Of a stretch of 32,000 bases of DNA, positions 1-7,966 are shown piece after piece. A model generated the notes under the pieces. That model saw nothing but the letters and a program-made list of their open reading frames with translations, had not been told where the DNA came from and did no database searches. Source of the stretch: Candidatus Scalindua sp. Its GTDB lineage: Bacteria > Planctomycetota > Brocadiia > Brocadiales > Scalinduaceae. Numbering within the stretch: the stretch's first letter is position 1; each line of letters begins with the position of its first letter. A program made the position numbers and the translations under genes. Where the stretch lies: NCBI GenBank assembly GCA_031316235.1, contig JALDRA010000001.1:1860001-1892000 (forward strand), written 5' to 3'.

Positions 1-324
1 GAGCCTTGCGGGCTGAACCAGATCTACAGTCTAAGATATGGAACAATTCCAATAGTGCATGCGACAGGAGGGCTTGATGACACGATAAAAGATTACGATC
101 AGGCAAATGGGGCAGGGAATGGTTTCAAGTTCAAAGAATACAACACCAGTGCATTCCTTAACAAAACGAAACAGGCGCTCAATGTATTTGAAAACAGAGA
201 AGAGTGGAGTCGGTTAATGAAAAACGCAATGGCTGAAGATTTCTCATGGGAGATATCAGCAGAGAAATATATAGAACTTTATAAAAAAGCTGCCTCCTGT
301 CGGCAATTTTCGCCTTTTCGATAA
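1..324 (+). CDS. glgA: Glycogen synthase, C-terminal fragment (5' end lies left of the window)
   Basis: Frame 1 is open from nt 1. Translation EPCGLNQIYSLRYGTIPIVHATGGLDDTI...DFSWEISAEKYIELY matches the conserved glycogen/starch synthase C-terminus (remembered E. coli GlgA: [29 protein letters not shown]...DFSW). Stop TAA at 322-324. Confidence 0.85.
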   Translation, partial: EPCGLNQIYSLRYGTIPIVHATGGLDDTIKDYDQANGAGNGFKFKEYNTSAFLNKTKQALNVFENREEWSRLMKNAMAEDFSWEISAEKYIELYKKAASCRQFSPFR

Positions 325-339
325 TTAACTTTCTCACTC

Positions 340-2037
340 TCATAATCCCATTGACTCAATCATCATTTTTCCTATGTCCGTACTATGCCACAAACCATCA
401 AATCGGTTTTGAACAGCTTCCGGTCCAAAAGCTATGACAAAGACCGGCGTTGAAGTGTGAGTCCCCGTTCCCCATACAACCTGTTGCTGTTCTGCAATCT
501 TCCGGGCTGTGAGGGCCTGCCTGTTCACTCGCACGTTTGGATAAAATGCCTTGAAATCATGGATAACAGGTATTGATTGAAAAGACAGGTATGGGTGATG
601 CCCCTTTCCATAAAACGGTACGTATTCTTCTCCGATAATTTCTTTGGCCTGCTCAAGCGTAATCTCGAATTCAAGATTCTCATTAACAAGCCTTTTAAGC
701 TCCTGATCAGTCTTTTGATGCGGAGTTAATGCATCAAACACCCTGAATACCTCAGTCAGCGTTTTTTTTTGGTTGTATATTTTGTCTAACACTTCATAGG
801 ACCCGTAATTATATACAGATTTGCAGTTGTCCTCTTTCAATTGCACCCCTCCTGATGCTGCAGATTGATGGAAATTGCCGGAATAACTGAAGCCAAAAGA
901 ACCGGTTTCGTGGTCTGCTGTTATTATGAGCAGGGTATCTTTACGATCTTTCATCCACTCAAACACTGCCCCGACAGCCTCATCAAATTTCAGCATTTCG
1001 TGGAGCAGCCAACCCGTGTCGTTAGCATGGCCAGCATAATCGATGAGCCCTCCTTCAACCATTAAGAAAAAGCCCTCCTTATTTACAGAGAGGAGAGAAA
1101 TCGCCTTCTGGGTCATCTCTTTTAGTGTGGGGGGGCGATCAAGACTCTCTCTTGTCTGAGAACAAATGATTCCGTCAGGCATTTCCGATCTGCAAAAAAG
1201 TCCAAGAACTTTTCCGGATTTACTCTGTAAAAGGGACTTTTTATTAAAAATAAGTTCATAGCCATTTTCACTTGCCTTAAGTAAAAGGTTTTTCTGATCT
1301 TTTCTTTTTGATTTGACCAAAGACTCGTTTTGGACTAAAGACAGGACCGTTTTATAACCGGCAGAACCTTTTCTGTTTACCCCCATTGGCAGGAAATACT
1401 GCAATCCTCCCGAAAGCATTATGTCTGCTTTTGATTCAACAAGCTGCTCTGCAATCTCATCTTCTGCCATGCGGTCAGCAACATGGACCGCAAATGCGGC
1501 GGGTGTGGCATGAGTAATGGTTGTATCGCTGACAAGTCCTGTTGATTTCCCCGCGTTTCTGGCTTTTTCCAAAATAGTCTCAAGAGGATTTCCATGAATA
1601 TCCACCCCTATCGCTTCCGGAGGCACGGCTTTCCCTGTAGCAAATTGAGTAGTACTGCAGGCAGAATCAACAACAATTTTTCCATAAGGGCCAACCATAA
1701 CAACCCCTGTTTCACCAGCGTCCATCACTTTTTCAATATTGAGTTTTCGGTTTTTGATTTGAGAATTGGGAGCATGTTCAGCATAAATAACAGCCAACCC
1801 AACTTGTTGCGGCCCCATACCATCACCAATCATGAGAATTACATTTTTGACTGAATTCGGAATTGTTGTACCATCGGCATCAACTCCTTCATCATTCAGG
1901 GGATCAACAGATAAGGCGGTACTCTTTGCCTCAAATGACGTATTTTGCTTCACCATCCCGGACGATTCCATTGCATATCCAGCCATACAAACGAGCTGAG
2001 AAACGGCAAAACACAAAAAAACGAAACATTTCATCAA
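340..2037 (-). CDS. phoA: Secreted alkaline phosphatase (PhoA family)
   Basis: 565-aa ORF with an N-terminal hydrophobic signal-like segment (MMKCFVFLCFAVSQLVCMAGYA). PhoA-type motifs are present: GDGMG, VDSACSTTQFATGK (D-S-A-x-S nucleophile context), ITADHETG, GTHTSTPVFV. Confidence 0.85.
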   Translation of the reverse strand: MMKCFVFLCFAVSQLVCMAGYAMESSGMVKQNTSFEAKSTALSVDPLNDEGVDADGTTIPNSVKNVILMIGDGMGPQQVGLAVIYAEHAPNSQIKNRKLNIEKVMDAGETGVVMVGPYGKIVVDSACSTTQFATGKAVPPEAIGVDIHGNPLETILEKARNAGKSTGLVSDTTITHATPAAFAVHVADRMAEDEIAEQLVESKADIMLSGGLQYFLPMGVNRKGSAGYKTVLSLVQNESLVKSKRKDQKNLLLKASENGYELIFNKKSLLQSKSGKVLGLFCRSEMPDGIICSQTRESLDRPPTLKEMTQKAISLLSVNKEGFFLMVEGGLIDYAGHANDTGWLLHEMLKFDEAVGAVFEWMKDRKDTLLIITADHETGSFGFSYSGNFHQSAASGGVQLKEDNCKSVYNYGSYEVLDKIYNQKKTLTEVFRVFDALTPHQKTDQELKRLVNENLEFEITLEQAKEIIGEEYVPFYGKGHHPYLSFQSIPVIHDFKAFYPNVRVNRQALTARKIAEQQQVVWGTGTHTSTPVFVIAFGPEAVQNRFDGLWHSTDIGKMMIESMGL

Positions 2038-2330
2038 TACCCCTTTTCTTTAAAAATGCAACCGTTGAAACCCCTGCTTATCTTCTCACCAAGATAGAGC
2101 CGGTGCATGATACAAACCAATCCGGTTTCTTTTCAGATGACCTATGTCCGCATAGAATCGCAAACAAAATACCAGAATGCAGAATATGGGTAAATACATA
2201 TAACATATTAATATTATTGAGATTAGAAAGCAAAAGTCTATCCACAACATTACACAAGTGGTAGTTTCCTCACATCTAAAATACTATAGTTACAAAACTA
2301 TTGTGGTTTCCATTTAACACAAAATAACTT

Positions 2331-2378
2331 AGTAGCTGTTAGAAAGCTAACATGTATGTTAGCTTTCTAACAGCTACT
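2331..2378. repeat. 48-bp palindrome: perfect 23-bp arms around a 2-nt centre
   Basis: agtagctgttagaaagctaacat gt atgttagctttctaacagctact; all 23 pairs checked by hand. It lies about 300 bp upstream of the phoA start, inside a 1.27-kb ORF-free gap. Confidence 0.95.
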
Positions 2379-3305
2379 GTAATCTACGGTGATTGGGTAG
2401 TGCATGGGAGATGGCGTAAGGTTTTAAACTCATGACATATAGCCTGAAGCCCCTAATCATTCGGCAAAACAACCAGTTTCTCAATGGGATATTCTAAAAA
2501 ACTAAAGAACTGTTTCTTATCTCAGGCAATGAGTCTCAACCAACCTCACTGAAGTTTATGAAAGAGTGTCCAGTATTAGAGATTCAGCAAATAGTTACCT
2601 GCTACAATAAGCCAGTAGTGTCCAGATAGAAATTGACTAAACTAATTACCCGCAATTATTATGCCTGAGCCCTGTATTGCCGCATGCATTTAACACCATT
2701 TTTTTACCAAATCGCTACTACCTCTCCATTTGAAATAGGCAAATTGAAGCCTAACAATCAGTGGGCAAACAACATAAGCGAAAAAACAAACCATTCTCCG
2801 GTTTTTGCATTACCTTCCAGTTTCCCGTTTACAGAGAAGAAAGTATCTGTTCCCTTTTCTTCCTTCTGTATAATTTTTAAACACAGGAAGTAAGAAGGGA
2901 AATCAGGGTTTGCAATGGCAAGGACTCATAAAGAGACAGTATCAGATTAGAGACCAAATCCATTCAACAAAGCGAAACAGATGCCGAAAGAGGCAAAAGT
3001 TCCGACTCTCACACCTGGAAAAGCTTATGATTACCGCTAATTGAAGGGGCGTCGAGTATTCGAAGGAGAGAGCCTGCAGGAAAAAGCCAGAAAGAGTCGG
3101 TTGCTTGCGTAACAGGTTACAAGATAAGCGCTTGCATTTGTGGGCAATTCCCTACACCCTTTAGTCTTATCCTTGTGTGAAAAAAACTCATAAAGTGAAC
3201 TGATATAGACCCAGAAATGATGACATACCGATAATAAAATCAAGTAAATACAGGCCATATCCAATTAAAGTTGCTTTAAAACACGGTAAATGTTAAAACG
3301 ATTTT

Positions 3306-3986
3306 ATGGACAAAACAATAGTAATAGTGGACGACGAACCGGATATTGTAGCGCTTGTGTCTGTAAACTTGAAGAAGGCAAACTTTAAGGTAGAAGGCTG
3401 CTCCGATGCAGAAAGTTTTTATAGATTCCTGGAGGAGCAGACTCCTGACCTTATTATTCTCGATCTCATGCTGCCTGATGCAGATGGTCTTGAAATATGT
3501 AAATATCTCAAAAATAAAGATCCACTTTTTTCTATTCCTATTATTATGCTTACGGCAAAGGGGGATGAAATGGACAAAATCCTTGGATTGGAATTTGGCG
3601 CGGATGATTATGTCACAAAACCTTTTTCTCCAAAGGAACTCGTTGCAAGGGTGAAGGCTGTCCTCAGGAGGCCCCAGGAGAATGGAGAATCAGATAAGCT
3701 GGGTATGGGAGGAATATTAACAATTGATCTGGAAGCTTATCAAGCTTTTGTTGAAGGAGAAAAGATAGAGTTAACTTCTACTGAATTCAGGATAGTAAAA
3801 TTACTTTTATCAAAAAAGAGCAAAGTATTCTCGAGGAATGACATTTTAGACTACCTGTGGGGGAAAGACAAAATTGTCTTGGACAGAACTATAGATGTGC
3901 ATATCAGGAATTTGCGTGAAAAGCTGGGCAAGGCTGGCCGGTTCATTAAAAATATCAGGGGTATAGGGTACAAACTGGAAGAGTGA
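3306..3986 (+). CDS. OmpR/PhoB-family two-component response regulator (receiver plus winged-helix DNA-binding domain)
   Basis: Receiver signatures VDDEPD, LIILDLMLPDADG, IIMLTAKG, ADDYVTKPF. C-terminal winged helix LTSTEFRIVKLLL...RTIDVHIRNLREKL...IRGIGYKL. No histidine kinase gene is adjacent. Confidence 0.9.
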   Translation: MDKTIVIVDDEPDIVALVSVNLKKANFKVEGCSDAESFYRFLEEQTPDLIILDLMLPDADGLEICKYLKNKDPLFSIPIIMLTAKGDEMDKILGLEFGADDYVTKPFSPKELVARVKAVLRRPQENGESDKLGMGGILTIDLEAYQAFVEGEKIELTSTEFRIVKLLLSKKSKVFSRNDILDYLWGKDKIVLDRTIDVHIRNLREKLGKAGRFIKNIRGIGYKLEE

Positions 3987-4264
3987 AAAACCGTGTTGGA
4001 AATTATCTGGTCTGTAATCACTCAAGGTGCCAAACGTGCAATACCGGCAGAAATATGCCCGTTATATTCTCAAATATTTGAGAAAGTGATACTTGCAGTG
4101 TAAGACCCACCAGTAATGATAATTGTATTTTTACCCGGTTTTGGTAAAATTACCAAAACTTTGTTGTGTATGGAGTATAGTTAAGACATAATCTGAAATC
4201 CAGGTACAATGAGCGGGAATCTGGCCACCGGAAAAACAGTAAAAACAGGTAAAGAGAGTATCAA

Positions 4265-5293
4265 ATGAAAGCTGTTGTTAAGAAAAATCCCGCGAAGGGT
4301 CTGCAATGTATGGCCGTGAGTACTCCGCAGATAGGGCTCAGAGATGTATTGATTAAGGTTACCTATGCCTCGATCTGCGGCACAGATGTTCATATTTATG
4401 ATTGGACTCGCTGGGCCCGGGATCGGCTCACCCCTCCGCGCACAATAGGCCATGAGTTCGTTGGTACTGTTACCAGGATTGGAGGAGAAGTAACACAAGT
4501 AAGGGTGGGAGACAGGGTTTCAGCAGAAAGCCATATTTTCTGTGGTTATTGCTATCAATGCCGGATCGGATATTCTGAAGTATGCAAGAACAGTAAACTG
4601 CTCGGAGTGGACCATGATGGTTCATTTGCCAAGTTCCTGGTCCTGCCAGAACATGTCATCTGGAAGAATGATCCGAACATTCCAGATAAATGGGCAACAC
4701 TTCAGGAACCATTTGGCAACGCTGTCGATACCGTAATGGCAGAAGATGTTTCTGCAAAGTCACTCCTGATATTGGGAGCGGGACCTATCGGACTTTTTGC
4801 AACGGGTATTGCCAAGGCAAGTGGGGCCTCTCTGATCCTCCTCTCAGACCCAAATGACTATCGATTGAATATAGGCAAAAAAATGGGTGCACACCTGACA
4901 ATAAATCCGAAAAAAGAGGATGTCGTACCGTTCGTACGAGAAGCCACAAAAAACGACGGTGTTGATGTTGTTCTTGATTTTTCGGGAAACAACCAGGCAT
5001 TAAATCAGGGTTTAGCGGTAATTACACCGGGGGGGAGGATCTCCATCCTCGGTATTTATGAAAAACCTGTCACCCTCGACTTAAATAATGATGTCATCTT
5101 TAAGAAGATACGTATTTATGGGATAACAGGACGTGAAGTGTTTTCCACCTGGTACAAAACATCCCATTTTTTAACCTCCGGACTTATTGATCTGAGCCCG
5201 GTTATCACCCATCATTTCGCATTGAAAGATTACGAAAAGGGCATAAGACTTATGAAGGAAGGTACATGTGGGAAGATAATCCTGGGTGTGTAA
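4265..5293 (+). CDS. tdh: L-threonine 3-dehydrogenase (Zn-dependent MDR family)
   Basis: Near-colinear with remembered E. coli Tdh: ICGTDVHIYDW, GHEFVGTVTRIGGEV, GREVFSTWYK...SGLIDLSPVITHHF...GKIILGV. A kbl gene follows. SD-like aaagagag precedes the ATG. Confidence 0.9.
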   Translation: MKAVVKKNPAKGLQCMAVSTPQIGLRDVLIKVTYASICGTDVHIYDWTRWARDRLTPPRTIGHEFVGTVTRIGGEVTQVRVGDRVSAESHIFCGYCYQCRIGYSEVCKNSKLLGVDHDGSFAKFLVLPEHVIWKNDPNIPDKWATLQEPFGNAVDTVMAEDVSAKSLLILGAGPIGLFATGIAKASGASLILLSDPNDYRLNIGKKMGAHLTINPKKEDVVPFVREATKNDGVDVVLDFSGNNQALNQGLAVITPGGRISILGIYEKPVTLDLNNDVIFKKIRIYGITGREVFSTWYKTSHFLTSGLIDLSPVITHHFALKDYEKGIRLMKEGTCGKIILGV

Positions 5294-5455
5294 GGTAGAT
5301 TCAAATACTTTTATATGAAGTAAATTCAGACAGCAAAAAATACTCAATAATTAGCCGTTCAGGCTGAAACTTAAAAAAAGAACAGCTTTGATTAAAAGCA
5401 TTCCAGGAAGCAAGGAAAGATGGACAATCTAAGTTCATTTCTTTTGAGCTATCTT

Positions 5456-5507
5456 CCTGCCCGTGCGCCTCTTCTCTTCATATCAACGCACAGGCAGGCA
5501 TTTTTTT
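5456..5507 (+). terminator. Hairpin plus T7 tract between tdh and kbl (intrinsic terminator or attenuator candidate)
   Basis: cctgcccgtgcg (5456-5467) pairs with cgcacaggcagg (5487-5498): 12 bp with 1 mismatch and a 19-nt loop. It is followed by ca + ttttttt (5501-5507). Confidence 0.5.
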
Positions 5508-5558
5508 GCGGAGCTGTTGTTTCTCCTGAACCCCGCTTGAAAGGAGTGTGTGGATACC

Positions 5559-6734
5559 ATGGATAAACTTGATTTTGTAGATGACGAATTAAAAATTCTT
5601 GAAGAGTCAGGGCTATACGTTCGCATTCGTACGGTAGAAGGTCCTCAGGATGCATGGATCATTGTAGATGGCAGAAAGGTGTTTAATCTCTGCTCGAACA
5701 ACTACCTCGGCCTTGCTAACGACAGCCAGTTGAAACTTGCTTCCTGTAAGGCGATTGAGAACTTCGGGGTAGGCCCCGCGGCCGTAAGAACGATTGCCGG
5801 AACAACCTCCCTGCACAGAGAACTGGAAAAAAAGCTTGCACGATTTAAAGAAGTGGAGGGTACCTTATCTTTCCAGTCGGGGTTCTGTGCAAACCTTGCC
5901 GTTATTCCCGTAATCGCTGGGAAGGAAGACGTTGTATTTTCAGATGCCCTCAATCATGCAAGCATTATTGACGGATGCCGTCTCTCCCGTGCCCGGGTTG
6001 TTTGTTATGAGCATGGTAATACCAAAGATCTTCAGGAGAAAATCGTTTCTGTAGAAAAAGCAAGGCGCAAGATCATCATTACCGATGGGGGCTTTAGTAT
6101 GGAGGGCGATATTGCCCCGTTACCAGAAATAGTGAAAATTGCAGAAAGCCATAATGCAATCACAATGGTAGACGATGCGCATGGTGAGGGGGTATTGGGA
6201 AGGGGTGGAAGGGGGATTGTGAACCACTTCAATTTGCAAGGCAAAGTTGACATTGAGGTCGGAACCATGTCAAAGGCATTTGGTGTCGTTGGTGGCTACA
6301 TTGCAGCGAGTAAGGGATTGTGTGATTATCTTGCACAAAAAGGGAGACCTTTTCTTTTTTCAAGTGCTTTAACCGCTGCCGATGTGTCAGCTTGTATCGC
6401 TGCAGTTGATACCTTGACAACTTCGGACAGCCAGGTCAACCAGCTTTGGTCAAATACCACATTTTTCCAGCAGGGGATGCTGCAGACAGGGTTTGATCTT
6501 GGTAACACAAAAACGCCTATTACACCTGTTATGATAGGAGATGCCCGGTTGGCTAAGGAATTCAGCCGGAAGTTGTTTCATGAGGGCATCTTTGCCCAGC
6601 CCATTGGTTATCCAACGGTCCCGAAGGAAAGAGCACGGATACGCGTTATGCTTTCAGCAACACATACCAGAGAAGATCTTGGCTGGGCAATAAGCCATTT
6701 TGAAAAGATTGGAAAGGAATTGGGTATTTTGTAA
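5559..6734 (+). CDS. kbl: 2-amino-3-ketobutyrate CoA ligase (glycine C-acetyltransferase)
   Basis: PLP-dependent alpha-oxoamine synthase family: [35 protein letters not shown] (PLP lysine), [11 protein letters not shown]. It sits directly downstream of tdh. Start is ambiguous: ATG 5559 is 12 nt after aaggag, while in-frame GTG 5550 is only 3 nt after it. Confidence 0.9.
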   Translation: MDKLDFVDDELKILEESGLYVRIRTVEGPQDAWIIVDGRKVFNLCSNNYLGLANDSQLKLASCKAIENFGVGPAAVRTIAGTTSLHRELEKKLARFKEVEGTLSFQSGFCANLAVIPVIAGKEDVVFSDALNHASIIDGCRLSRARVVCYEHGNTKDLQEKIVSVEKARRKIIITDGGFSMEGDIAPLPEIVKIAESHNAITMVDDAHGEGVLGRGGRGIVNHFNLQGKVDIEVGTMSKAFGVVGGYIAASKGLCDYLAQKGRPFLFSSALTAADVSACIAAVDTLTTSDSQVNQLWSNTTFFQQGMLQTGFDLGNTKTPITPVMIGDARLAKEFSRKLFHEGIFAQPIGYPTVPKERARIRVMLSATHTREDLGWAISHFEKIGKELGIL

Positions 6735-6959
6735 GATCTCAAATAAAATGGCTCTCTATGGTGCCGGATATCTCAAGTCTGCCATAACGTATTGCCATTT
6801 CCCTGCCTTTCTCTCTCTATTCTGCTGATATTTTTATAACCGCAAAGGTATTAACCGTATGCAGGGTATGTATATCGTATTATTTATCTCCGGAACGATT
6901 TCATCATAAATTTTGTTTAATAATAACAGGTTCGGGTCAGGACAGGTTGGGAGGATAAG

Positions 6960-7568
6960 ATGCCTAAGTTAATTAACTCTAAACAAAAATTCACCTTAGT
7001 ATGTCTCTCTATTCTTTTTATCGGTTGTTCATACTCACCCTACCATTATGACTTTTCGCTTATAGAACCGAAGAGCGAAGCAATGAGTTTTACGGATAAT
7101 AACGTCAGGTTTGAGTTTGTTCCATCGCCTGAGAATATAAGGGTGTCGATAGAAAACAAGAGCAATCATGAGATAAGCTTTATCAGGGATAATGCCAGGT
7201 ATATAGATTTTTCAGGTAAGTCTCACCTCGTTTACTATGGCAATGACTATGTGGACGAGGTAATAAATTTTGTAAATGAATATCACAGGCATGCCCCGAG
7301 AATTAAGATAGCTCCGAATTCTGAGATACGTGGCTATGTATGGATTAATAACTGGCAGAGCTCCATTACAGGGGAAGGTGCGAGTACCTATCCTATCACA
7401 TCTCATGATATATCCAATCAAATGGAGCCTCTTTTTCCAAGATATCGTTTTGAGGGAAGAGGAGATGAGTTGAAGGATTCGAAGTTTAGTCTCATTCTGC
7501 CCATTGATTTTGATGGACAGATAGCAAACTATGCATTTAACTTTATGATAGATGATGTGAAAGAATAG
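6960..7568 (+). CDS. Hypothetical lipoprotein
   Basis: 202-aa ORF with a signal peptide and lipobox (LSILFIGC|SYS). SD ggaggataag lies before the ATG. No recognisable catalytic motif. Confidence 0.6.
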   Translation: MPKLINSKQKFTLVCLSILFIGCSYSPYHYDFSLIEPKSEAMSFTDNNVRFEFVPSPENIRVSIENKSNHEISFIRDNARYIDFSGKSHLVYYGNDYVDEVINFVNEYHRHAPRIKIAPNSEIRGYVWINNWQSSITGEGASTYPITSHDISNQMEPLFPRYRFEGRGDELKDSKFSLILPIDFDGQIANYAFNFMIDDVKE

Positions 7569-7840
7569 AAAGGTTTTGATTGGTGATGTATTTACCATTA
7601 TAGATAGTTTGTCACAAAAATCCTTCTATATTGACAAATAATGGCTATTTCTCAAGTTATGGTAGGAGCATTCGAGCATAGCCTTGTTTTCCGTTATGTT
7701 GTGAAGGTTGTGCAGATGCATACAATAAGAACCCTGATAAATATTCTGAGACGAAAAAACGCAGAGATCCAATAAAGAAAAACGAACGTTCAACAGCATA
7801 CTAGTAAGTAGTATTGCGGTCTTAAAAAGGTATCTCAAAG

Positions 7841-7883
7841 AAGGCGTTCCTGTGTTAGTACCATGCAGGAACGCCTTCTTTTG
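7841..7883 (+). terminator. Intrinsic-terminator-like hairpin
   Basis: Perfect 12-bp stem aaggcgttcctg / caggaacgcctt with a 13-nt loop, followed by cttttg. It lies 273 nt after the lipoprotein stop and 84 nt before the SNF2 start. Confidence 0.5.
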
Positions 7884-7966
7884 TTCTGCATTATTGAGGG
7901 TGCCCTTCTTCCAGGCCCAAACAACTACACACAAATTAACAATGAATATTTTTATAAATAATTATC

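Noticed and set aside
1863-2264. 133-aa + strand ORF overlapping the 5' end of phoA
   Set aside because: It is antisense to a well-supported gene for half its length. It is His/Arg/Pro-rich with no motifs or SD.
7626-7934. 102-aa minus-strand ORF between the lipoprotein and SNF2 genes
   Set aside because: No SD, an odd composition (Cys/His/Asn/Leu-rich with no motifs), and it spans a + strand terminator-like hairpin. The region is treated as non-coding.
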